Assembly: GCA_900315205.1 (NCBI GenBank)
Contig: OMYF01000007.1
Coordinates: 1,969-65,968 of the forward strand
DNA length: 64,000 nucleotides
From: an uncultured Acidaminococcus sp.
GTDB lineage: Bacteria; Bacillota; Negativicutes; Acidaminococcales; Acidaminococcaceae
Direction: 5' to 3'
Positions within the stretch are counted from its first letter, which is position 1, and the number at the start of each line of letters is the position of its first letter. Positions 39,201-47,956 of this stretch are shown here, one piece after another. The notes beneath the pieces are model-generated. The model did not search any database. It was given only the letters and a program-made list of their open reading frames with translations, and had not been told where the DNA came from. A program made the translations under genes and the position numbers.

Positions 39201-40682
39201 GCGGACAGCCGCCGTATCTCCGCTGAGATACTTATTTCCAATGACAAGCCTGTCCCGGGCAGCGAGTTTTACTTCAGAAGTCCCCGTGAACTGCACGCCC
39301 GACGGCAGATTGATGCTGTTTGCATCCAGCGTCACATCACAGTCCGTCACATGGAGGGACCTCGTGCCCGTCCCCGGCCCCGCCGTCTGCGGTGCCAGGG
39401 TAATGCTGTCCGCCGTCATGGAGAGGGTGCCGTCATTATCCACCTGCGCCGACTGGGCCGTGACCGTCCCTTTTGTCCCGTCAGGCGCTTCCGCATCGAT
39501 ACGGATGCCGGCATTGGAACCCGTGGCATGGATCGCTCCGCCGATCTCGACAGCAGCGGCTCTGACGGAAACGCTGCCGTTCCCGGTGACGAGCACTCCG
39601 CTCCCGGTCTGCAGACGGCCACCTGCGGAAACGGCCACTTTCGCCTGGCCGCCGACAGCTCCGATGGATGGATTATAGGTGATCCCGCCCGGCTCCCCGA
39701 GCGTCACATCGCCGCCGGCATCCACTGTAAGCGAAGCCGTCTGACCGGTCCCTCTGAGATTCGTCCCGGTGATGACGAGCCCCCATCCGGCATTCACATC
39801 CCCCCGTGCCGTCAGCGTCACATCGGCATCGGAAAGTGCCATGGTGTTGCCGCCGATGGAAAGGGTATTTCCGGATACGGCGGCCCTGCTCAGGGTGATC
39901 TTCCCGTCAGGATCCCGGGCCGGTTGCTCCACGCCAAAATTATCTATGGTGATGTCCCCGGCGCCGCTGTTTCCGATCGTGGCAGCACTGCCGCCGCTGA
40001 CATCCACTTTTTGCAGATGGAGTCCGCCCGTCATGGCTTCCGTGCCCAGTTCCAGTGTGCTTTTGCCGGAGAGGGAGACAATCCCGCCCTCTGCCGCAGT
40101 GCCGACGGTGATGGTCCTGCCGTCGATTTTCGCAGTGCCGCCCCCGCCCGTATAACCGCTTCTGTACAGGCTGATGTTCCCCGTCGTCACGGAGGCCGTA
40201 TCCGTGCTGCCCGCTGTCAGGCTGCCCTCATCTCCTATATTGATGCTGCCGAGATTTTCCTCAGTGCCCCGGACCGCCGTCGAGCCGCCCTGGCCCGCGA
40301 GCGTTTTGAATGTGACCTTCTGCGTCGATTCATCGCCCACGGACAGAGCCGCGCCGCCGTTCCAGAAACCGCCCTGTTCGTTTGTAAAAGCAATGTCCCT
40401 GCCCCGGACGGTGATGCCGGCTCCGCCTGATCCGCTGAAATCATGGATGGTCACGCTGCCCGTATCCGCCGTGCCGACGCTGACCTCCTTCCCGGCGGAC
40501 CAGCCGCCCAGATGGCTGACCGTGATGGGGTCCCCTGCTTCCGCGCTGTCCGTATATTCATTCACATAATCATATGTCCGTGCTTCACCCAGGGCCGTCC
40601 CCTGGCCGCCCGTCAGGGCCAGCAGCACCGCTGCGGCAAGCCCCGCTCCTTTTGCGCCTCTTGAAGACAGCATTTCTCTCAT
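36282..40682 (-). CDS. autotransporter outer-membrane protein (type Va), 1466 aa
   Basis: I trimmed the track ORF to the ATG at 40682 (MREMLSSRGAKGAGLAAAVLLALTGGQGTALGEA, a signal peptide). It has a long Gly/Thr/Ala/Ser-rich passenger with recurring beta-helix-like repeats. The C-terminal ~280 aa show alternating beta-barrel strands and end in the aromatic terminus GIRWTF. Confidence 0.85.
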   Translation of the reverse strand: MREMLSSRGAKGAGLAAAVLLALTGGQGTALGEARTYDYVNEYTDSAEAGDPITVSHLGGWSAGKEVSVGTADTGSVTIHDFSGSGGAGITVRGRDIAFTNEQGGFWNGGAALSVGDESTQKVTFKTLAGQGGSTAVRGTEENLGSINIGDEGSLTAGSTDTASVTTGNISLYRSGYTGGGGTAKIDGRTITVGTAAEGGIVSLSGKSTLELGTEAMTGGLHLQKVDVSGGSAATIGNSGAGDITIDNFGVEQPARDPDGKITLSRAAVSGNTLSIGGNTMALSDADVTLTARGDVNAGWGLVITGTNLRGTGQTASLTVDAGGDVTLGEPGGITYNPSIGAVGGQAKVAVSAGGRLQTGSGVLVTGNGSVSVRAAAVEIGGAIHATGSNAGIRIDAEAPDGTKGTVTAQSAQVDNDGTLSMTADSITLAPQTAGPGTGTRSLHVTDCDVTLDANSINLPSGVQFTGTSEVKLAARDRLVIGNKYLSGDTAAVRITLGDYGSSETGRFYAGGTEADAVINGTFAITGSSNEAEEAWVDGRDVTLNASRQPSLEDSYSERYSAAAVIANSAGFRAGNAETTETTVVNGHVYSGGSGETAFHGRKAVTVSGLKGNFESNGNAFSLFDEGGSTIRVGDDATAQTTVNGEIVTGKDTVLAVAGQNVLLDNAGNTALYANAASKAITIGTSGADSTTVKGRILVNSPGSLKVAGREITLSDGAAPDSGTLGMTVKTGYDGSQSAADSSTHDALVIQQAADDAVTIGETDSHVSIDGRLVGLNGGFTVAGDTIHIYEGSNRDQNLVISTAGAVNLGSEDTDTLQIDGGLWARSGNTTAMTAKGAHILIDPAGGMRAIQATDKPVAIGTDATETAVIDGEIWSDNKQSPVTVSGRNVSLDHNGSTYAAYATYGGTIALGTAESALTRVTGKLTARGGAAITLDGQQYRLDADGSAAAAETLEGGSVTVGHAGSAGRIDGNLVNAKDGRMEVWLDGSSSALNGTTADAGLTAAGGTSGGALTLHLNGGAVWNLDGDASVSSLAAGGGVIRFNEDTADQKLYAGDFAGDGAAVTLGHAGNAAVNDHIYVRGTHTGATQLLLHARSGAWTDGAIGSVLASVGTEQGSFFLPEQEDRLFFHKVVLDTHEKERGDTVTEGYNTDWYIKGFAKRAVDDQGSHTHFVRSMLGLQGMNYQLWREDMDSLFKRLGDLHSQAAPPDGVWARVQGIRSERSGGEGAFNIQHHQYQVGYDRLLGENSRERHYQGIALGYSRGRGNFSGGTADLSGISLGLYDTHVEKDGQYWDFTLKGQHISDEVYGSYGAKGILDNNGFTAGAEYGWKRQSTAGWFAEPQAQFTLGWLKGASADLANGVHYGENDIHSAVGRIGFRAGYEGPRAQIFAKANWFHEFGGSGQMRFRDDEGSLSVAADYGDRWFEYGIGMAVQLSPASQFYLDAEKSSTGTYHKKWGWNAGIRWTF

Positions 40683-40893
40683 GCCCTCTTTCCCCCAAAT
40701 TTGCTGCAGATCATGCTGCAGCATTGCCATTCAGCACTGTGATAAAGTATACCATATTTACTCCTGCACCATACGATTCAGATCCTTTATGCCGCAAAGG
40801 CTTTCAGGCCGGACAGGCCGGAACTGCCCGGAAAGATCTCCCTGCGTTCCCGGCTCCGGCATTTTCCATGGCTGCGCCGCGGCCGGGCAGGAA

Positions 40894-40932
40894 ATAAAAA
40901 CTGCAGAAGAACGGCTGTCCATTCCTCTGCAG
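40894..40932 (-). terminator. terminator after the ABC importer operon
   Basis: CTGCAGAGGAA-loop-TTCTTCTGCAG stem followed by TTTTTATTTC on the minus strand. Confidence 0.7.
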
Positions 40933-40947
40933 CGTGTTTACATCTGA

Positions 40948-42018
40948 TCAGGTAATGATGTAGTTATTCTTTTCATTGCCCAGCAGGATGACATCCTGCA
41001 GATCAAGATAAATCTGTTCTCCGTCCTTCCACTGGTGATACATGCTGCCGTGGGTCATGACGCGCAGGATATGCTCGCCCACCTGGATCCGGTAGTCAAC
41101 AGTCGCGCCCATATAGAAACGGTGTTTGACGGTTCCGGTCAGCATGCCGCCCGTCCTGGACAGCGTGATATTCTCGGGCCGGACGGCAATGACGCCTTCA
41201 CCGCTCGGCAGCCCGGCCGTATTCGGGAACGACACGTCCGTGCCCCTGACAAAGACCCTGTCATCCCGGACATCTCCGGGAACGAAGTTCACGAGGCCGA
41301 TGAAGTCGGCGACCATCTTGTTGGCCGGACGGGTGTACACATCAAAGGGCCGTCCGATCTGCTGCACCATGCCGGCATTCATGACCACGATGCGGTCGCT
41401 CATCGTCATGGCTTCGGACTGGTCGTGCGTGACATAGATGACGGTGATGCCCAGTTCTTTCTGCAGCGAAGAAATCTCAAAGCGCATGCTCTCCCGCAGT
41501 TTGGCATCCAGGTTGGACAGCGGCTCATCCAGGAGCAGCAGGCCCGGACGGGCAATGAGCGCTCTGGCGAGAGCTACGCGCTGCTGCTGGCCGCCGGACA
41601 GCTGGTTCGGATAGCGGGAACCGTACCGTTCCAGGTGCACCATCCTGAGGGCTTCTTCGACGCGTTTTTTCCGTTCTTCCCGGCTGACGCCCTGGATCTT
41701 CAGCGGATACACCACATTCTCTTCCACCGTCATATGGGGCCATACGGCATAGGACTGGAATACCATGCCGATATCACGCTTTTCCGGCGGCATGAAGACG
41801 CCGCTTTCGGCACTGCTGACGACCGTATCACCCAGCGTAATGGTACCTTCCGTCGGGCGTTCGAAACCGGCGATCATCCGCAGCGTAGTGGACTTTCCGC
41901 AGCCCGAAGGCCCCAGGAATGAAATAAATTCGCCATCGGCCACGTCGATATTGAAATCTCCGACAGCCGTAACATCACCATATCGTTTATACAGATGCTC
42001 GAGTCTGACTTGAGACAA
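40948..42018 (-). CDS. ABC importer ATP-binding protein (PotA/FbpC/ThiQ type with C-terminal TOBE-like domain)
   Basis: 356 aa with a TTG start at 42018 after GAGGGGGG. Walker [10 protein letters not shown], signature [15 protein letters not shown] and Walker [13 protein letters not shown]. Confidence 0.9.
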   Translation of the reverse strand: MSQVRLEHLYKRYGDVTAVGDFNIDVADGEFISFLGPSGCGKSTTLRMIAGFERPTEGTITLGDTVVSSAESGVFMPPEKRDIGMVFQSYAVWPHMTVEENVVYPLKIQGVSREERKKRVEEALRMVHLERYGSRYPNQLSGGQQQRVALARALIARPGLLLLDEPLSNLDAKLRESMRFEISSLQKELGITVIYVTHDQSEAMTMSDRIVVMNAGMVQQIGRPFDVYTRPANKMVADFIGLVNFVPGDVRDDRVFVRGTDVSFPNTAGLPSGEGVIAVRPENITLSRTGGMLTGTVKHRFYMGATVDYRIQVGEHILRVMTHGSMYHQWKDGEQIYLDLQDVILLGNEKNNYIIT

Positions 42019-42033
42019 AATCTTTCCCCCCTC

Positions 42034-43719
42034 TTAAATGGCAATATGTCCCTTGGACACTTTGTTCAGGATCAAATTCCCCACCATGACGATCAGCAGG
42101 ATGATGACGGACATTACAGAAGCATTCTGGGTATCCGCATAGGTCTGCAGTTCGAACAGCAGCACGCCGATGGTCTGCGTATCACTGCCATAGAGCAGGT
42201 TGGACATGGTCAGTTCATAGAACGACGGCATGAAGATCAGGAACCAGCCGGCTACGATGGACGGGGCGACGAGCGGCATGATGATATCTTTGCAGACACG
42301 CAGCCAGCCGGCACCGGAGTTCAGGCCCGCTTCTTCCAGGCTGCTCGACACCTGGCTGAGGGAAGCCGCGATCGTCCTGACGCTCATCGTCATGTACTTG
42401 ACCAGATAGGATACGATCAGGATCCACATGCTGGAGTACAGATTCAGCCCGTAATTGCCGGAAAACGTGATGATGAGGGCCAGGGCAATGACGACGCTCG
42501 GCGTGCTGCCGCCCACCATCACGAGGATATCGGGCAGGCTGCGGCCGCGGATCTTTGTCTTCGTCGACAGATAGGCGACGAACAGGGACAGCAGCGTACC
42601 GATGCAGGCTGCGATGAAGGCATAGCCCAGGGAGCGCCAGATGCAGTCCAGATACTGACTGTTTTCCAGCACCGGGAGCCAGGCATCGAAACCAAAGTTA
42701 TCCAGTTTAAGGCCTTTGGAAATACTGACCATCAGGGACGTTGCCACAATGGAGCCCAGCGGCAGGATGACGGCAATAAAGGCGTAGATGCCGACAAAGA
42801 ACGTGGCAGGGCCCTTCCATCTGCCCAGTTCCACGATGGCCGGACGGGTACTCTTGCCGCCGATGGTCGTATAATCTTTGCGGCCCATCATCCAGGTCAT
42901 GAAGAAGAGCAGGCCGTTGGCCAGGACCATCAGGGATACAGCGAGGGTCGTCGCGTTGCGGATCCCTGCGTCATCCCCCATATAGACGAAAGAGACGATC
43001 CGGGTCGTCAGCACTTCGATATTGCCGGGCATGCCGACGATGGCGGGAATGCCGAAGCAGGAGCCGGCCCCGATGAAGACGAGCAGGCCGCCGGCGAGGA
43101 TGCTCGGTGCCATCAGCGGCAGCGTCACATCCCACAGGACACGGAGCGGAGAGGCCCCGGCAATGCGGGAAGCTTCTTCCAGGGTCGGATCCATCTTTTC
43201 CATGGCCCGGGAAATCGTGATGAAGGCGAAGGGAGAATAGAACAGCGTCAGCACCCAGATGAGCCCGCCTTCGGTATAGATATTGAAGGGTGCCGCGGAA
43301 AGCGAAAAGAGGGTCTTGAACAGTTCATTCAGGTACCCCACATCCGGGTTCAGGAGCTGCGTCCAGGCAATGGCCCCGACATACGGGGGGATCATATAGC
43401 TGGCCACCAGGATCGTCCTGAAATATTTCCGTCCCGGCAGGTCCGTCCTGCCGATCAGCCAGGCCATCGGAAAAGTGATGAGTACACTGAAGATCATGAC
43501 AAGAATGGAGATCCTGGCTGTATTGGTCAGCGCCTTCAGGTTGACGCTCTGGCTGTAAACAGCGGCATAACTGCTGATATCAAACTTCCCGTCCACGACG
43601 ACACTGTCGTAAATCAATACACCTAATGGCAGCACGATAAAGTACAGCAGCACGAGGACGGAAAGTGCAATGACGATGAATTTACTGTCGATCCGAGGTA
43701 AAGAACTTTTTTTCACCAT
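42034..43719 (-). CDS. ABC importer permease, duplicated (two-module) BPD-type, FbpB/ThiP-like
   Basis: 561 aa made of two tandem six-TM modules, as in Fe(3+), thiamine and 2-AEP importers. AAGGAG RBS upstream. Confidence 0.85.
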   Translation of the reverse strand: MVKKSSLPRIDSKFIVIALSVLVLLYFIVLPLGVLIYDSVVVDGKFDISSYAAVYSQSVNLKALTNTARISILVMIFSVLITFPMAWLIGRTDLPGRKYFRTILVASYMIPPYVGAIAWTQLLNPDVGYLNELFKTLFSLSAAPFNIYTEGGLIWVLTLFYSPFAFITISRAMEKMDPTLEEASRIAGASPLRVLWDVTLPLMAPSILAGGLLVFIGAGSCFGIPAIVGMPGNIEVLTTRIVSFVYMGDDAGIRNATTLAVSLMVLANGLLFFMTWMMGRKDYTTIGGKSTRPAIVELGRWKGPATFFVGIYAFIAVILPLGSIVATSLMVSISKGLKLDNFGFDAWLPVLENSQYLDCIWRSLGYAFIAACIGTLLSLFVAYLSTKTKIRGRSLPDILVMVGGSTPSVVIALALIITFSGNYGLNLYSSMWILIVSYLVKYMTMSVRTIAASLSQVSSSLEEAGLNSGAGWLRVCKDIIMPLVAPSIVAGWFLIFMPSFYELTMSNLLYGSDTQTIGVLLFELQTYADTQNASVMSVIILLIVMVGNLILNKVSKGHIAI

Positions 43720-43850
43720 GCACTACTCCTTAACAAACATCCCGTATCCAGCATTGCTTCTTTGATGGACAGAGAGCCGGTGAAAGCACGCTTTCCCCGG
43801 CTCCCTGCAGCATTTCACATTTGTTTCAGCATGCAGATTTCAGGAATCCA

Positions 43851-44912
43851 TCAGTTGTCCAGCACGCGGGCACGGAATTCTTCCTTGATCTTGGCTTCGT
43901 CCTTGGTCAGTTTTTCCCAGTCGACTTTGAGGGCCGTCTTCAGCAGTTCCTGCAGCGTATGCTTGGAGCCCTGCGGCTTTTCCACATCGTCACGTACGGA
44001 ATACATCCAGCCGGCGGTAACCGCTTTCTGGCCTTCCGCACTCAGCCACCAGTCTTCCAGTGCCTTGGCCCCTTCCGGATTCTTCGTGGACTTGAAGATG
44101 CCGATCGGGGAGGAGATCAGGATGCAGCCTTCCTTCGGATACACCACTTCCAGCGGCTCTTTCTTTGTCTGCTGCAGCTTCAGCACGTTTTCTTCCAGGA
44201 TGATGGCGCACATATATTCGCCCGTCAGCAGCTTGTTCTGGATGGCGCTGTTGCCTTCTTCCACGCGGAGCCCGTTGGCTTTCAGACGGTCGAAATATTC
44301 CCACCCGAATTTATCCGCCAGCGATCCGACGGCTACATAGGCAGTCCCGGAAAGCAGCGGGTTCGGCATCGCGATGCGGCCTTTATATTTGGGGTTCGTC
44401 AGATCTTCCCAGCCCGTGGGGATATCCTCTTTCGCCAGCTTGTCCTTGTTGTAGGCGATGATCATGTTGCAGACACGGACGGAAGCCCAGGCGCCGTCCT
44501 TGTCGACTTCCATGATATGATGTTTTGTTTCCGGGGATTTGTAATTGAGGAGCAGGTCTTTGTTCTTCAGGTAGATGTAATAGGACGGATCGGCAACCAT
44601 CAGGATATCATCGCTGATTTTGTTGGCCTTGATTTCGCCGGCGATCTTGGTCTTGATCTTTTCGGTGCCGCCCTGGAACCAGCTGGCCTTCAGATCCGGG
44701 AAAGCCTTCTGGACAGCCGGCTTCACCTGAGAATTGATGATATCAGGATACATGGAAGTATAGACCATCAGGTTCCCGCTCACTTTTTTCCCGCCGGCAG
44801 GGGCGGCATCCTTCTTTTCCTTGCTGCCGCCGCAGCCTGCCATCAGCAGAGCACCGAAGGCCATCAGGATTGCTGCCGCTTTTGCCCATTTTTTTCTCAT
44901 CATTTCGGTCAT
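43851..44912 (-). CDS. ABC importer substrate-binding lipoprotein (family 1, FbpA/AfuA/ThiB-like)
   Basis: 353 aa with lipobox LMAGCGG. The periplasmic-binding-protein pattern is LMVYTSMYPD ... GRIAMPNPLLSGTAY. The start could be the ATG at 44903 (MMRKK), which has better RBS spacing. Ligand not assignable from sequence. Confidence 0.8.
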   Translation of the reverse strand: MTEMMRKKWAKAAAILMAFGALLMAGCGGSKEKKDAAPAGGKKVSGNLMVYTSMYPDIINSQVKPAVQKAFPDLKASWFQGGTEKIKTKIAGEIKANKISDDILMVADPSYYIYLKNKDLLLNYKSPETKHHIMEVDKDGAWASVRVCNMIIAYNKDKLAKEDIPTGWEDLTNPKYKGRIAMPNPLLSGTAYVAVGSLADKFGWEYFDRLKANGLRVEEGNSAIQNKLLTGEYMCAIILEENVLKLQQTKKEPLEVVYPKEGCILISSPIGIFKSTKNPEGAKALEDWWLSAEGQKAVTAGWMYSVRDDVEKPQGSKHTLQELLKTALKVDWEKLTKDEAKIKEEFRARVLDN

Positions 44913-45284
44913 TCCTTTCTTCTTGCTGTTTTCTTATCTTTTTCCGAAAGCCATCGGCCTGCTGCAGTGCCTGCAGCGACGGTCACATCCCGTCAGCACT
45001 GCCCGTACAGCCGGACGTTCCGGATCAAAGCCCTCCGGGACAATGTAAAGAACAAGTAAATAAATCCTGTCATTTTCACTTCCTTTTATCCGTCAGACTG
45101 TATCATCCTGACGGCCGTGCCGTCAGCCGTTTGACTCATTGTACATTTTTTAGTACTTTTGCATGACCCGCGCAGCGCAGGCCGCCGTGCACTTTGCTGC
45201 CCGGCCATGGCAGAAAGCATAAAAAGCACGCACCATTTCCCCTTTTCAGGGCCAACTGGCGCACAGTATTTACAGCCTAGCTTT

Positions 45285-45313
45285 ATTATATATAATTCAA
45301 ATGGCAACTTCAA
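45285..45313 (-). promoter_or_regulatory. sigma-70-type promoter far upstream of the ABC importer operon
   Basis: The minus strand reads TTGAAG (complement of 45308-45313), the 17-nt spacer ttgccatttgaattata, then TATAAT (complement of 45285-45290). It would give a ~365-nt leader before the binding-protein ATG at 44912. Confidence 0.6.
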
Positions 45314-45558
45314 TAAAAAACGATGGATTATTCAGAATGTTATTTGTTAAATGATAATATTTACTTTGCTTTACATTCCTTTACTTTATTTTTACGATAC
45401 TGTACCCGCAGCGGGGACGGACGGCAGCATCTGCCGGGCAGTTTCACGGCCGGAGCCGCGGAAAGGCACGGAAAGGAGCTTCTGCCGGGCCGCAGCGCTC
45501 CGGGCATCCTGCCGGTCCCTTCCCCCGTTTTTCTGTCAGGAAAGCAGCGGTCCGATAC

Positions 45559-45610
45559 AAAAAAAACGGCGGGTGCCCTGCGGTCCCCAGAGACCGCAAA
45601 GCTCCCGCCT
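45559..45610 (-). terminator. rho-independent terminator after the HIBADH-family gene
   Basis: The minus strand reads GGCGGGAGC-TTTGCGGTC-tctgggg-ACCGCAGGGCACCCGCC followed by TTTTTTTT. Confidence 0.8.
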
Positions 45611-45665
45611 TCTTTCACAGACGTCATTTCAGATCATGCAGCCGTTTCCCGGCCGCACGCAGCTC

Positions 45666-46529
45666 TTATTTCTGGTAGTACTTGTACAAAGCCTGAGTGC
45701 CTTCATTGCCCAGGCCTTCCTTCTCCAGGGTCAGATACTCGCCGAGCACCTGTTTCAGGACGTTCAGCGTAAGTCCGGCCTTATCGGCTTCTTCATCGGC
45801 GATGCGCATATCTTTGATGAAGTGTTTCAGGAAGAATCCCGGCTTATAATCACCATGGACCATCTTGGAGCCGAAGGCATCCAGCTGGGCGCTGCCGGCA
45901 GCACCGGTGGACACAGCCGCAAGGAGCGTATCCAGATTGAGGCCTTCCGCCTTTGCATAGTTCAGGGCCTCGCAGATCCCGGACATGGCGCCGGCGATCA
46001 TGATCTGGTTTGCCATCTTCGCATGCTGTCCGCAGCCCGCCTTGCCCATGTAGTTAATGTTGGTCCCCATGCCCCGGAAGACCGGCAGCATCCGATCATA
46101 ATCTTCCTTATCGCCGCCGACAAGGATCGACAGGGTCCCGTTCCGGGCACCCGTGTCGCCGCCCGTGACCGGTGCATCCATCACATGGAGCCCCCGTTTG
46201 ACACCTTCCGCATAAAGGCGCCTGGCCAGCGTCGGGCTCGTCGTCGTCATATCGATGACGTAGGCACCCTTCCTGGCATGCGCAAAGATTGCGTCTTCGC
46301 CAAAATAGACTTCTTCCACATCCTTCGGATATCCGACGATGGAAATCATGACCTGGCATGCTTCGACACAGTCCGCAAGCGTCGCATGGACCTTTACGCC
46401 CTCCCGGGCCAGATCCGCCACCTTTTCGGGATGCCGGGCATAGCAGTGCATCGTATAACCCGCCTTCTTTAAATTCCGGAGCATGGATTTCCCCATGATG
46501 CCGGTTCCAACAAAACCAATGTCTTCCAT
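45666..46529 (-). CDS. NAD(P)-dependent oxidoreductase, 3-hydroxyisobutyrate / tartronate-semialdehyde reductase (HIBADH) family
   Basis: I trimmed the track ORF to the ATG at 46529 (MEDIGFVGTGIMGKSM...), which follows an AGGAGG RBS. 287 aa with the Rossmann motif GFVGTGIMG and the catalytic region GKAGCGQHAKMANQ. Confidence 0.85.
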   Translation of the reverse strand: MEDIGFVGTGIMGKSMLRNLKKAGYTMHCYARHPEKVADLAREGVKVHATLADCVEACQVMISIVGYPKDVEEVYFGEDAIFAHARKGAYVIDMTTTSPTLARRLYAEGVKRGLHVMDAPVTGGDTGARNGTLSILVGGDKEDYDRMLPVFRGMGTNINYMGKAGCGQHAKMANQIMIAGAMSGICEALNYAKAEGLNLDTLLAAVSTGAAGSAQLDAFGSKMVHGDYKPGFFLKHFIKDMRIADEEADKAGLTLNVLKQVLGEYLTLEKEGLGNEGTQALYKYYQK

Positions 46530-46744
46530 CCTGACGTGCCTCCTTTGCCGCGTAAAACCGGGGAAATGAAGCTCCCTGCAGCCGGCCCGTCCGTCCCGCT
46601 GCCTGCAGCCATCCGTTTCCCGTGCGCGGATATATTGTAAATCCCTGTGTCCCATTATATAGCAAAAAGGCGGAAAGGACCAGCAAAGGAGGCTCACACC
46701 CGCTGCCGGGAAAAAGCCTCTCCCGGCCGTGCACTCCCGCGCCG

Positions 46745-47944
46745 TCAGAAGCTCGGGCAGAGCCCGTCCCAGACGATGCGCCTGTAATTTTCCCGGTCCG
46801 TGTCGCCTTCCGTGGAAAAACACAGGATCCGGGAATCATCGCCGATCCCCAGTAAGGCCCGCAGTTCACCCAGGCTCCTGTTCTGCATCAGCTCACAGAC
46901 GAAGCCGGATGTGGAGGCCCCGCTTTCACCGGAAATGATCCCTGCGTCCCCTGGCAGGGGATTGCCCAGGACGCGCATCCCCTTGGCTGCCACATAATCG
47001 GGCATCGACACGAAGTGCTCCGCATGGGCCGCAAGCTCTTCCCATCCGATGCTGCAGGGTTCCCCGCAGGCAAGACCCGCCATGATGGTCCGGAGGCTGC
47101 CCGTCACGGCATGCAGCCTGCCGTCGTCCGCCAGGGCCGTACGGTAGATGCAGTCGGCGCCGTTTGGTTCCACGATGGTGATGACGGGCTTCCGGCTCCC
47201 GTAATAATCGGCAAAGAACCCCGCAAGGGCACCGCTCATGGCGCCCACGCCCGCCTGCAGGAAGATATGCGTCGGCACTTCCTCAAGGGCTTCCGCCGCT
47301 TCCAGAGCCATCGTCATATAGCCCTGCATGATCCAGCCGGGAATCGTTTCGTACCCTTCCCAGGCCGTATCCTGGACGAGGGGCCAGCCGTGTTCCTCCG
47401 CCACTCTGGCGGCGTGCCGGACCGTGTCGTCATAATTCAGATCCGTAATGGAAGCGTCACTGCCCAGGGCCCGGATATTCTGCAGCCGCTCGGGCGAACT
47501 GCCCTGCGGCATGAAGACCATGCTCCTGACGCCCAGGCAGTGGGCTGTCCAGGCAATGCCGCGGCCGTGATTGCCGTCGGTGGCGGTGACAAAAGTCAGG
47601 TCCCGGATCTTCTCATGGACGGCCGGTTCCTGCAGCCTGGCAAAAGTCAGTTCCTCCATGGGGATCCCCAGCCTGCCGGCCAGATAATTGGCCACACAGT
47701 AGCTGCCGCCGAGGCCCTTGAAGGCATTGAGGCCGAACCGTTTGCTCTCGTCCTTCACATGGAAAGCCGAAAGGCCCAGTGCTTTTGCAAGATGTGGCAG
47801 CGATACGAGCGGAGTCGGTCCGTATCCCGGGATGGACTGATGGAAACGGCGGGCTTTTTCCGCCTCCCGTCGGGTAAAGAGCGTATCCCATTTCCCTTTC
47901 TGCCCGGACGGCGTACGACTGACCGCTTTGATGACTTCCTGCAT
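46745..47944 (-). CDS. dpaL: diaminopropionate ammonia-lyase
   Basis: 399 aa containing the PLP-lysine motif VKDESKRFGLNAFKGLGG that I associate with YgeX/DpaL. AAGGAGGG RBS upstream. Confidence 0.85.
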   Translation of the reverse strand: MQEVIKAVSRTPSGQKGKWDTLFTRREAEKARRFHQSIPGYGPTPLVSLPHLAKALGLSAFHVKDESKRFGLNAFKGLGGSYCVANYLAGRLGIPMEELTFARLQEPAVHEKIRDLTFVTATDGNHGRGIAWTAHCLGVRSMVFMPQGSSPERLQNIRALGSDASITDLNYDDTVRHAARVAEEHGWPLVQDTAWEGYETIPGWIMQGYMTMALEAAEALEEVPTHIFLQAGVGAMSGALAGFFADYYGSRKPVITIVEPNGADCIYRTALADDGRLHAVTGSLRTIMAGLACGEPCSIGWEELAAHAEHFVSMPDYVAAKGMRVLGNPLPGDAGIISGESGASTSGFVCELMQNRSLGELRALLGIGDDSRILCFSTEGDTDRENYRRIVWDGLCPSF

Positions 47945-47956
47945 GCCGATCCCTCC

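Noticed and set aside
44913-45277. Cobalamin or TPP riboswitch in the ABC importer leader
   Set aside because: Fragments resemble GGGAA..GGTG and a pyrimidine-sensor-like hairpin. However, I could not find the B12 box (GCCACTG-type), the CUGAGA element or the expected helices in the right order. It is kept only as an unclassified structured leader.
45336-45360. Fur box (TGATAATATTTAC) upstream of the ABC importer promoter
   Set aside because: Only one half-site matches the 7-1-7 consensus. It also lies 20-40 nt upstream of the -35 rather than over the promoter.
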